From Candidatus Omnitrophota bacterium (GTDB lineage: Bacteria; Omnitrophota; Gorgyraeia; Duberdicusellales; 4484-171), in NCBI GenBank assembly GCA_041652815.1, contig JBAZGN010000005.1, positions 8,615-72,614 on the forward strand: 64,000 nucleotides of DNA, in the 5' to 3' direction. Below, piece by piece: positions 7,673-16,600 of the stretch. The notes under the pieces were generated by a model. It did no database searches and was not told where the DNA came from. It saw nothing but the letters and a program-made list of their open reading frames with translations. The translations under genes were made by a program, and so were the position numbers. The stretch's first letter is position 1; each line of letters starts with the position of its first letter.

Positions 7673-8935
7673 ATGCTAAAGAAAGTATTTCTTTTAATGA
7701 TGGCTTCTTTGTTGTGTTGCTGCCTTTCTTTCGCTGACGAGTTAACAAAAGATGAATTGATTCAAAAGCTGACGCAACGCGTTGAGCAATTAGAAAAGAA
7801 AGTTGAAGAGTTAAATAAAAAACAAGGCGTGTATGAAAATATCTCTGGTTCTTCAGAGGAAGTTATTCAAAAGAAAGTTGAAGACGCTTTAGCAAAGAAA
7901 GAAGAACAATCAGGAGGCCTGGCGAAAGCTTTAAAGAGCATTACCTTAAGCGGATTCGTTGATGCAGCCTATACCTATAATTTTAACAGGCTTAATTCAG
8001 GTACAAATACTGCAAGAGTATTTGATACTGAACCGAATAGTTTTACTCTACAAGCGGCAAAAATCGCCTTGGAAAAACTTCCGACCCCTGAAGATAGAGT
8101 TGGTTTTCGCACCGACGTTTTATTTGGCCAGGATGCCAAGATAATAAAACCGTATGGCTGGAATACGGATGATGTTAATCTTGAGCAAGCATACGCCGAC
8201 ATTCTATTTCCTCCTGGAAAAGGGTTAGATGTAAAAGCGGGCAAATTTGTTACTCTCGCCGGCGCGGAAGTGATTGAGTCAAAAGATAACTGGAATTTCT
8301 CACGGTCTTTGCTCTTTGGTTATGCTATTCCGTTTACGCATACGGGCTTACGCGCAAGTTACCCGCTTATGGATAATTTAACAGGGTTTTTCGGTGTGAA
8401 TAATGGCTGGGATGACATTAAGGATAACAATAAAGGAAAGTCTTTTGAAACTGCTTTAGCTTACACGGTATCGGATAAATTATCTTTTAATCTTACAGGA
8501 ATATTTGGGCCGGAACAACCTTCGAACAATCATTCCAATAGGGCTCTTGTTGATTTTGTCGCAACCTATAAACCGTTTGAGAAAATTACACTTAAGTTAA
8601 ATACCGATTATGGCCACGAAGACGATGCTGTAGCGCCGGGTAAAAACGGCGAATGGGCCGGTATTGCCGGATATATCCGTTATGACGTAAATAATTGGCT
8701 TAGTTTTTCAAATAGGACAGAATATTTTAGCGACCCGCAAGGTTTAAGAGTTGTAGCTGGGACGCCGCAGGATTTATGGGAAAATACTTTGACTACGGAA
8801 GTAAGGCCGTTTAAAAACATTATCACGCGCCTGGAGTATCGTTATGATGCGTCCAGCAAAGATGTTTTTACTAAAAATGAAACACCGATTGACCATCAAA
8901 GTACTATAGCAGCAGAGGCTATTTATATTTTTTAG
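7673..8935 (+). CDS. Outer-membrane porin with N-terminal coiled coil (phosphate-selective porin O/P-like family)
   Basis: 420 aa. Signal peptide, coiled coil ELIQKLTQRVEQLEKKVEELNKK, then a beta-rich sequence with alternating hydrophobic residues ending ...EAIYIF (terminal aromatic). Confidence 0.6.
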   Translation: MLKKVFLLMMASLLCCCLSFADELTKDELIQKLTQRVEQLEKKVEELNKKQGVYENISGSSEEVIQKKVEDALAKKEEQSGGLAKALKSITLSGFVDAAYTYNFNRLNSGTNTARVFDTEPNSFTLQAAKIALEKLPTPEDRVGFRTDVLFGQDAKIIKPYGWNTDDVNLEQAYADILFPPGKGLDVKAGKFVTLAGAEVIESKDNWNFSRSLLFGYAIPFTHTGLRASYPLMDNLTGFFGVNNGWDDIKDNNKGKSFETALAYTVSDKLSFNLTGIFGPEQPSNNHSNRALVDFVATYKPFEKITLKLNTDYGHEDDAVAPGKNGEWAGIAGYIRYDVNNWLSFSNRTEYFSDPQGLRVVAGTPQDLWENTLTTEVRPFKNIITRLEYRYDASSKDVFTKNETPIDHQSTIAAEAIYIF

Positions 8936-9329
8936 TGAGCACGTTGTTTCTGCAAGCGTTTAGCACGAAGTAAAAACAACAGTGCGGATTGACCCCGCAC
9001 CGACCTTGTTCTGGTGCAGGGTTATGTCGAATTCATAAATTTTCCAATGAATGATAATTTTTCCAATTTTCTTGATCCGATTGCAAAAGTCTGGAACAAC
9101 CAACAAGTATTACCTTATGCCTTGTCTATGCCAAAAGCAAAAATAGATAAGAAAATAAAGCCTTTTAAACGAAATCAGCCTCAAATCCAAGGTTTAAGCC
9201 CGACGAAAAAAGTTAAAACAAAAATAATTTTAAAAAAAGGTTACCAAGCAGGCTAAATCTTTACTTATATAGTAAAGGGTTAGAACTATAACCAGAGAAG
9301 CACAAGGTTTGTGCAAAAGCTATTAAAAC

Positions 9330-9372
9330 AAGGGTGTTTTAAGGCTATCAGAGCTTAAAACACCCTTTTTTT
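9330..9372 (+). terminator. Intrinsic terminator upstream of glnA
   Basis: AGGGTGTTTTAAG...CTTAAAACACCCT stem followed by TTTTTTT. Confidence 0.55.
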
Positions 9373-9399
9373 ATAACAAAAACATTAAAGGAGGTTGAA

Positions 9400-10731
9400 A
9401 TGGCTAAGAAGACAAAACAGGACATTCTAAAGTTAGTAAAGGAAAACGATGTAAAATTTATTCGTTTATGGTTTACCGATGTGTTGGGGCAAGTGAAGAG
9501 TTTTGCTATTACAGATAAGGAATTAGAGGGCGCCCTTGAAAACGGAATGGGTTTTGACGGTTCTTCTATCACTGGTTATCAGGATATAGAAGAATCCGAC
9601 ATGATCGCAATGCCAGATCCGGATACTTTTGCGATTTTACCCTGGCGGCCAAGCGAAAAAGCCGTTGCCAGAATGATTTGTAACGTGTTAAATCCCGATA
9701 AAACCCCGTATGAGGGTGACCCGCGTTATGTACTAAAAAGAGCACTAGAGCGCGCAAACAAAATGGGGTTTGACCATTATTATTTAGGGCCTGAATTAGA
9801 GTTCTTCTATTTTAAGACAGATTCGGCTACAGATATTTTAGATAAGGGGGGATATTTTGACCTTACAACGCTTGATGTTGCCAGCGATCTTCGGAGGGAA
9901 ACTGTTTTAGCTCTTGAAAAAATGGGCATCGACGTGGAATATTCCCATCATGAAGTTGCACCCAGCCAGCACGAGGTTGATATGCGTTATAAAGATGCGC
10001 TGGAAATGGCAGATAGCGTAATAACTTACAGGGTTGTTGTCAAAGAGATTGCGAGTAAGTTTGGAGTGTATGCCACTTTTATGCCAAAACCTATTTTTGG
10101 CCAGAATGGTTCAGGTATGCATACGCATCAGTCGCTATTTAAAGGAAGTAAAAATGCTTTCTTTGATGCAAAAGCGGATGATTCTCTTTCCGATACTGCC
10201 CGTTGTTTTATCGCCGGACTCCTTAAGCATTCAAAAGAAATATGCTCAATATTTGCCCAAACCACAAATTCTTACAAAAGGTTAGTGCCTGGTTACGAAG
10301 CGCCTGTATACATAGCATGGAGCCGTAGGAACAGAAGCGCGCTTATAAGGGTGCCGCTCTATTATCCGGGAAAAGAAAAAGCTACCAGGTGCGAATTTAG
10401 AGCATGTGACCCGGCATGCAATCCGTATCTTGCATTTGCCGCCATGCTTCATGCGGGGTTAGATGGTATAGAAAAAAAATATAAAGCGCCTAAACCGATG
10501 GATCAGAATTTGTATCATTTAACCGATGAGGAACGAAAAGAAAAAGGCATTGAAACATTACCTGATAACCTTGGGCACGCAATTGCCATAACCGAAAGCA
10601 GCGAACTTGTGAAGAAAGTTTTGGGAAAACATATTTTTCCAAGATTTGTTGAATTAAAGAAAAAAGAATGGGATGAGTACAGGATTCAAGTTCCTCAACA
10701 TGAACTTGATAAGTATCTTTCAATTTTATAG
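9400..10731 (+). CDS. glnA: Glutamine synthetase type I
   Basis: 443 aa. GS-I signatures: FDGSSI, DPDTFAILPW, KPIFGQNGSGMHTHQS, NSYKRLVPGYEAP, ALIRVP. RBS aaaggaggttgaaATG. Confidence 0.9.
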   Translation: MAKKTKQDILKLVKENDVKFIRLWFTDVLGQVKSFAITDKELEGALENGMGFDGSSITGYQDIEESDMIAMPDPDTFAILPWRPSEKAVARMICNVLNPDKTPYEGDPRYVLKRALERANKMGFDHYYLGPELEFFYFKTDSATDILDKGGYFDLTTLDVASDLRRETVLALEKMGIDVEYSHHEVAPSQHEVDMRYKDALEMADSVITYRVVVKEIASKFGVYATFMPKPIFGQNGSGMHTHQSLFKGSKNAFFDAKADDSLSDTARCFIAGLLKHSKEICSIFAQTTNSYKRLVPGYEAPVYIAWSRRNRSALIRVPLYYPGKEKATRCEFRACDPACNPYLAFAAMLHAGLDGIEKKYKAPKPMDQNLYHLTDEERKEKGIETLPDNLGHAIAITESSELVKKVLGKHIFPRFVELKKKEWDEYRIQVPQHELDKYLSIL

Positions 10732-10740
10732 GAAACTACG

Positions 10741-11448
10741 GTGATTCTTATCTTGCAGCATACAAAAGAGGAAGGGCCTGGAACGCTTGGCAGTTTCCTA
10801 AGAAACAGCAGCTGGGAGATAAGGATCACCCGTCTTTATAAAAAAGAAAAGTTACCGGATGATTTATCTAGAGTTGAGGCGGTTATAGTTATGGGTGGGC
10901 CAATGAATGTTTACGAAGAAAAAAAATTTCCATTCTTAAAGAGTGAAGATATCTTCTTAAAAAAAGTAATAGGCGAAGAAATTCCTATTCTGGGAATTTG
11001 TCTTGGCGCGCAGCTTTTAGCCAAAGCTCTTGGCGCAAAAGTAAAAAAAGCGCATCACGCGGAAATAGGGTGGGGTAATGTGAATTTAACAGATAATGGA
11101 AAGAATGACCAGCTTTTAAAAGGTTTAGATAAAAAACTAGACATCTTCCAGTGGCACGAAGATACTTTTGAACTTCCGAAAGGGGCGGCTCTACTTGCAA
11201 AAAATTCTTTATGCCCTAACCAGGCATTTCGCTACGGTAAAAACTGTTACGGATTGCAATTTCATATAGAAGTAGATGCTCCTTTAATTTTATGCTGGAT
11301 AAAAGATTATTGCAAAAGCCGTAATTTGAATATGCGGTTTAAGGGGCAAGAAATGTTATTTGATTATTATCAAAAGCAAGAAAAGTTCAACCGGCAAGCA
11401 GCAAATATTTATCTGAATTTTTCAAGGCTTATACAGCCGCTGAATTAA
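10741..11448 (+). CDS. Class-I glutamine amidotransferase (GATase1, GuaA-like small subunit type)
   Basis: 235 aa. ILGICLGAQLL with the catalytic Cys, and a His near the end (LQFHIE). GTG start immediately after glnA. Confidence 0.7.
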   Translation: MILILQHTKEEGPGTLGSFLRNSSWEIRITRLYKKEKLPDDLSRVEAVIVMGGPMNVYEEKKFPFLKSEDIFLKKVIGEEIPILGICLGAQLLAKALGAKVKKAHHAEIGWGNVNLTDNGKNDQLLKGLDKKLDIFQWHEDTFELPKGAALLAKNSLCPNQAFRYGKNCYGLQFHIEVDAPLILCWIKDYCKSRNLNMRFKGQEMLFDYYQKQEKFNRQAANIYLNFSRLIQPLN

Positions 11449-11529
11449 GCGTATAGGTTTTTTTGGAAAAGGTTGCATAAAATTTAGGCATAAATTGCCA
11501 GTGTTTAAGGAGGTTCATTAGCCCACAAT

Positions 11530-11763
11530 ATGGAACCGGATAAAATTGTAGATGAAATTTATAATTCTTTTTTAATCGGCAACGACGGAAAGGTTTATGC
11601 AAACACTATTGAATATATAGAAAAAATTATCATTGAAAAGGTACTTGAAAGAAGCTTCGGCAATCAATTCAGGGCAGCAAAGATTTTAGGGATTAATCGT
11701 AATACTTTACGTTCCAAAATAAAGAAATTGAATATAGACGCAAGTAGGTGGAAAGGTTATTGA
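11530..11763 (+). CDS. Standalone Fis-type helix-turn-helix DNA-binding protein
   Basis: 77 aa. C-terminal AAKILGINRNTLRSKIKKLNI matches the Fis/NtrC-C-terminal HTH. RBS taaggaggttcatta. Confidence 0.5.
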   Translation: MEPDKIVDEIYNSFLIGNDGKVYANTIEYIEKIIIEKVLERSFGNQFRAAKILGINRNTLRSKIKKLNIDASRWKGY

Positions 11764-11981
11764 TAGCTAATGAATAAAACTCTAAACCCTAAACTCGAAA
11801 CTCTAAACAAACTCGAAATCACAATGTTCCAAATCCTAAACGTTTCGAGTTTGGGATTTCGAGTTTGTAGTTTGTTTAGGATTTTCCGCCAGAGGCCCTC
11901 GGCTTCGCCGAGAGGCGAGCGGATCCGCCCACATATAAAAAATATATCGGTGGCGGAAGTGTTTAGAGTTTTAGGGTTTAA
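11764..11981. repeat. Compound palindromic repeat region containing copy 2 of the TTCCGCCAGAGGC...GGATCCGCCCACATAT...GTGGCGGAA core
   Basis: Terminal inverted repeats AAAACTCTAAACCCTAAA / TTTAGGGTTTAGAGTTTT-like. Internal AACTCGAAAC/GTTTCGAGTT reiterations. The core is near-identical to 7201-7250 with a 24-nt internal duplication. Both track ORFs here, 11757..12089(-) and 11770..11994(+), are spurious. Confidence 0.6.
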
Positions 11982-11983
11982 AT

Positions 11984-14900
11984 ATGAAATATAAGCATTT
12001 CCCAGGACAACAAGGTCTCTACTACCCGGAATATGAGCATGATTCTTGCGGGGTGGGGTTTGTTTGTAACATAAAAGGCCAGAAATCAAATGCTATCGTC
12101 CGGCAGGGAATTGAGGTTTTACGCCGGCTGTCGCACCGAGGAGCAGTAGGTTCGGACCCAAAAACCGGAGATGGCGCGGGAATCTTAATTCAGATCCCGC
12201 ACGAATTTTTTAAAAAGTCCGCTCAAGCAATAAAAATTAATTTACCGGAATTAGGTTTCTACGGCACCGGTTTGATATTTTTGCCGAAAGATATTAAAGA
12301 ACGTGAATTCTGTAAAAAAACATTTGAAAAAATTATAAAAGATGAAGGCCAAATTTTTTTAGGATGGCGTAGTGTGCCGATAGATAATTCGGATATAGGC
12401 AAAGGAGCCAAGGCCAGCGAGCCGGTTTTTGAACAAGTTTTTATTGAGAGAAACAAAGATGTAAGCGGGGAACTGGATTTTGAAAGGAAACTTTATGTAA
12501 TCAGAAAACAAGTGGAAAATATTATCCGTTCATCCGAATTACAGCAAAAGAAATCTTTCTATATTACTAATATTTCCACCCGCACATTTTCCTATAAGGG
12601 TTTGCTCATGCCTGGCCAGCTGGAGAACTTTTTTGTTGACCTTAAGGATGAAAGTATAGAAAGTTCACTATGTTTAGTGCATTCACGTTATAGTACTAAT
12701 ACTTTTCCTACCTGGGACTTAGCGCAGCCATTTAGATTCTTAGCTCACAACGGAGAAATAAATACTTTACGCGGGAATATAAACGGAGTACGGGCAAGAG
12801 AACGGTTAATTTCCAGCGAGATTTTTGGGGCAGATATAGAAAAGCTAAAACCAGTTATCGTTGAAGGAGGGAGCGATTCGGCTGCAATTGATAATCTATT
12901 TGAGCTGCTGGTTTTATCGGGCCGGCCCCTTGAGCATACAATGATGATGCTTATTCCTGCGGCTTGGGAACACGATAAATTTATGGATTGTGAGCTTAAA
13001 GATTTTTATAAATATCATGCTTGTTTTATGGAGCCTTGGGATGGGCCGGCGGCAATGGCTTTTACCGACGGAAAAAATATTGCTGCCGCTTTAGATAGAA
13101 ACGGACTTAGGCCAGCGCGTTATATTATAACTAAAAATGATTTTGTAGTGATGGCATCTGAGGTAGGCGTTTTGGATATTGCACCTAAAGATATTAAGAT
13201 TTCAGGCCGTCTTGAGCCGGGAAAATTATTTTTTATTGATACGCAAGCAGGCTGCATAGTAGACGATTCCCAGATAAAAAAAAGAGTATCCGGCAATTGC
13301 CCATATGGTAAATGGAATACCGAAAATATGGTTGATCTTGATAGCCTTGTAGGCGGCAGTACAGGCAATAAAAAACCCGCAGATATAATAGCTTGCCTTA
13401 AGGCTTTTGGTTATTCCCGGGAAGACCTGAAAATAGTTATTCGGCCTATGGCCGAAGAAGGGAAAGAGCCCGTAGGTTCAATGGGCAATGATACTCCGCA
13501 TGCTTTTTTGTCAAAGAAACCCCAGCTTCTTTATAGCTATTTTAAGCAATTGTTTGCGCAAGTAACAAATCCGGCGATAGATTCTATCAGAGAAAAGCTG
13601 GTGATGAGTTTAGAAAGTTTTATCGGCCCTGAGAAAAATATTTTAGAGGAAACTCCTAAGCATAGCCATAAACTTAAAGTAAGGAATCCGATATTAACAA
13701 ACGAAGAACTTATAAAAATTCGAGATATCAGCATAAATAATTTTAGAACCAAGACGATTTATACTTTTTTTGACGCAGTTAATCCTAAGGAAGGTTTTGT
13801 CCGCGCGCTGGAAAGGATTTGTTTTGAAGCGGAATATGCCATTGATAAAGGGTATTCTTTTATTATATTAAGTGACCGTGGAATTGATAAGGATAGAATT
13901 GCTTTGCCGGCACTTTTAGCAATGAGCGCAGTCCATCATTATCTGGTAAGAAAAACTATACGTTCGCAGGTTGCGATAATAGTTGAAAGCGCAGAGCCCA
14001 GAGAGGTACACCATTTTGCTTTGCTTTTTGGTTACGGCGCAGACTGCATAAACCCATATCTTGCCTATGAAACAATAGAATATCTTATCAGCGAAAAAGA
14101 GATTAATTTAGACCGTAAAAACGCATTGAAGAATTACAATAAAGCTTTAACAGACGGCATATTAAAAATATTGTCAAAAATGGGGATATCTACCTTAAGA
14201 AGCTATCGCGGAGCGCAAATATTTGAAGCTTTAGGTTTAGACGATGAGCTTATAGAGAAGTATTTTACCGGAACCGTATCGCGAATAGCCGGCGTTGGCC
14301 TTCCCGGGATAGCGCAGGAGACTATCGAAAGGCATAAAGAAGCTTTCGCCCAAAGAGGCGTAGTTAGCCCGTATTTAACCAGCGGTGGAATTTATCAATG
14401 GAAAAGAGATGGAGAATTTCATCTTTGGAATCCCGAAACTATCGCTGCCTTGCAAGATGCTACGCGCAATAACGATTATGACAAATATAAAGAATTTGCG
14501 CGGATGATAAATAATCAGTCAGATAATCCTGTGACCTTGAGAAGCTTGCTTAAGTTCAAAAAAGAAAAACCGATTCCTATTGATGAAGTTGAACCCGTTC
14601 AAAGTATTATGCGGCGTTTTACAACCGGCGCAATGAGTTTTGGTTCAATCAGTGCTTTAGCGCACGAAACAATTGCTATCGCCATGAACAGAATAGGCGG
14701 AAAATCTAACACCGGTGAAGGTGGCGAAGATCCGGACAGATTTACGGCCCTACCTAACGGCGACTCAAAAAGAAGCGCCGTAAAACAAGTTGCCTCCGGA
14801 AGATTCGGTGTCACTACAAACTATCTTGTTAATGCAGATGAAATACAAATAAAGATTGCTCAGGGGGCAAAGCCAGGCGAAGGAGGCCAATTACCGGGGC

Positions 14901-16513
14901 ATAAAGTAAGCCCGATAATCGCCCGAATCAGGTATACAACCCCCGGCGTTACTTTAATATCTCCGCCGCCGCATCATGATATATATTCTATTGAGGACCT
15001 TGCACAATTAATATTTGATTTAAAAAATGTTAATCCTCGCGCCCGCGTAAGCGTAAAGCTTGTATCAGAAGTAGGAGTAGGAACTGTTGCCGCAGGCGTT
15101 GCCAAAGGGCATGCGGATATGATTCTTATTTCCGGCGGAGACGGCGGCACCGGCGCATCTCCTCAGAGCTCAATAAGATATGCAGGGCTTCCGTGGGAGC
15201 TTGGCGTTAGCGAGACGCATCAAACACTCCTGCTGAATAATTTACGTTCAAGAGTGCGCATACAAACTGATGGGCAGATGCGAACCGGCCGCGATGTGGC
15301 AATAGCCGCTTTGTTAGGAGCGGAAGAATTTGGTTTTTGTTCGAGCGTGCTTGTTGTAAGCGGCTGCGTTATGCTTAGGCATTGCCAGCTTAATAATTGT
15401 TCAGTTGGCATAGCTACGCAAGATGAGGCTTTACAGAAACGCTTTGGAGGAAAACCTGAATATATAGTGAACTATTTTAATTTCATAACACAGGAACTAC
15501 GCGAAATTATGGCAAGTTTAGGCATAAGGACTATAAACGAAATGATTGGCCGCGCAGATCTTATTGAAGTAAATAAAGAGATTATTCCTTCCAAAGCGCG
15601 CGGAGTAAATTATTCCAAAATCCTTTATGTGCCGGAATTACCTCGAGATTATGCAAGATATTGTAAAGTAAAACAGGAAAGCGGGCTTGATTTTGTTTTA
15701 GACAAAGAACTTATAAAAATGTGTGGTGTTTTTAAAGAGAATGAGCCAATAAAAATTTCAGTTAAGATTAATAATACCAACAGAACTGCAGGTGCAATGC
15801 TTAGCGGAGAGTTAATCCGGCGCTATGGAGAAGCGGGGTTGCCCCATGATTCTATAGTTTGTAAATTTAAAGGCATTGCCGGCCAAAGTTTTGGCGCTTT
15901 TCTGGCGAAAGGAATTACTTTTGAATTAGAAGGTATGGCTAATGATTATGTTGGCAAAGGAATTTCCGGAGGAAAAATTATTATTTATCCAGATAAACAG
16001 ACAGGATATAAGGCCGAAGAAAATATTATTATTGGAAATACCGCGTTTTATGGTGCTATCGCTGGTGAAGCTTATATTGGAGGTGTTGCCGGCGAACGGT
16101 TTTGTATACGAAACTCAGGCCTTAAGGCAGTAGTTGAAGGCGTGGGGGATCATGGTTGCGAGTATATGACCGGCGGGTATGTCGCTATAATCGGTAAGAC
16201 CGGCCGTAATTTTGCCGCAGGTATGAGCGGCGGCATTGCGTATGTATATAATGCAGGAAAAGATTTTAATCAGAAATGTAATTTAGAAATGGTGGAGTTG
16301 GAAATTCTTTCCCAGAATGATGAAAAAGTACTTTACGATTTACTCTGTAACCATCATAAATACACTCAAAGCGCAATTGCTAAGAAAATTATTGAGCATT
16401 TTAAAAAAGAAATTAAACATTTTGTCAAAGTTATGCCAACAGAATATAAACGTATTTTAGCAGGGAAAAAAGCGATAAAGAAACCGGATTTGGTTGAGGT
16501 GTCAGATGGGTGA
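11984..16513 (+). CDS. gltB: Glutamate synthase large subunit
   Basis: 1509 aa. N-terminal amidotransferase domain with CGVGF, central domain, FMN domain (GEGGEDP, KQVASGRFGV), C-terminal GXGXG repeats. Confidence 0.95.
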   Translation: MKYKHFPGQQGLYYPEYEHDSCGVGFVCNIKGQKSNAIVRQGIEVLRRLSHRGAVGSDPKTGDGAGILIQIPHEFFKKSAQAIKINLPELGFYGTGLIFLPKDIKEREFCKKTFEKIIKDEGQIFLGWRSVPIDNSDIGKGAKASEPVFEQVFIERNKDVSGELDFERKLYVIRKQVENIIRSSELQQKKSFYITNISTRTFSYKGLLMPGQLENFFVDLKDESIESSLCLVHSRYSTNTFPTWDLAQPFRFLAHNGEINTLRGNINGVRARERLISSEIFGADIEKLKPVIVEGGSDSAAIDNLFELLVLSGRPLEHTMMMLIPAAWEHDKFMDCELKDFYKYHACFMEPWDGPAAMAFTDGKNIAAALDRNGLRPARYIITKNDFVVMASEVGVLDIAPKDIKISGRLEPGKLFFIDTQAGCIVDDSQIKKRVSGNCPYGKWNTENMVDLDSLVGGSTGNKKPADIIACLKAFGYSREDLKIVIRPMAEEGKEPVGSMGNDTPHAFLSKKPQLLYSYFKQLFAQVTNPAIDSIREKLVMSLESFIGPEKNILEETPKHSHKLKVRNPILTNEELIKIRDISINNFRTKTIYTFFDAVNPKEGFVRALERICFEAEYAIDKGYSFIILSDRGIDKDRIALPALLAMSAVHHYLVRKTIRSQVAIIVESAEPREVHHFALLFGYGADCINPYLAYETIEYLISEKEINLDRKNALKNYNKALTDGILKILSKMGISTLRSYRGAQIFEALGLDDELIEKYFTGTVSRIAGVGLPGIAQETIERHKEAFAQRGVVSPYLTSGGIYQWKRDGEFHLWNPETIAALQDATRNNDYDKYKEFARMINNQSDNPVTLRSLLKFKKEKPIPIDEVEPVQSIMRRFTTGAMSFGSISALAHETIAIAMNRIGGKSNTGEGGEDPDRFTALPNGDSKRSAVKQVASGRFGVTTNYLVNADEIQIKIAQGAKPGEGGQLPGHKVSPIIARIRYTTPGVTLISPPPHHDIYSIEDLAQLIFDLKNVNPRARVSVKLVSEVGVGTVAAGVAKGHADMILISGGDGGTGASPQSSIRYAGLPWELGVSETHQTLLLNNLRSRVRIQTDGQMRTGRDVAIAALLGAEEFGFCSSVLVVSGCVMLRHCQLNNCSVGIATQDEALQKRFGGKPEYIVNYFNFITQELREIMASLGIRTINEMIGRADLIEVNKEIIPSKARGVNYSKILYVPELPRDYARYCKVKQESGLDFVLDKELIKMCGVFKENEPIKISVKINNTNRTAGAMLSGELIRRYGEAGLPHDSIVCKFKGIAGQSFGAFLAKGITFELEGMANDYVGKGISGGKIIIYPDKQTGYKAEENIIIGNTAFYGAIAGEAYIGGVAGERFCIRNSGLKAVVEGVGDHGCEYMTGGYVAIIGKTGRNFAAGMSGGIAYVYNAGKDFNQKCNLEMVELEILSQNDEKVLYDLLCNHHKYTQSAIAKKIIEHFKKEIKHFVKVMPTEYKRILAGKKAIKKPDLVEVSDG

Positions 16514-16600
16514 GCGTTACACGTAACAAGTATCACGTAACACGTTTAAAAAAAGACGCGATACTTGTTACATGATACGTGTTACTTAATAAAGGAAAAG
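16514..16600. repeat. Palindromic GTAAC/CACGT-rich element (member of the GTATCACGTAAC-termini family) between gltB and gltD
   Basis: GTTACACGTAAC, GTAACAAGTATC...GATACTTGTTAC inverted pair, GTATCACGTAACACG. It shares terminal motifs with the elements at 23552-23662 and 50333-50461. Confidence 0.6.

Noticed and set aside
9014-9256. 80-aa + strand ORF between the porin and glnA
   Set aside because: No RBS, low-complexity K-rich product. Kept out of the feature list, although it cannot be excluded.
11757-12089. Track ORFs 11757..12089(-) and 11770..11994(+)
   Set aside because: They lie entirely within the compound palindromic repeat, giving low-complexity translations.
16565-16600. Upstream track starts for gltD (16565), amt (5790), glnK (7283 GTG), pstB (34344), arsC (35200, 55227) and DEAD-box (55827 TTG)
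   Set aside because: Each extended N-terminus runs into a repeat or the preceding gene and lacks an RBS. Internal ATGs with proper RBS spacing, matching family N-termini, were preferred.
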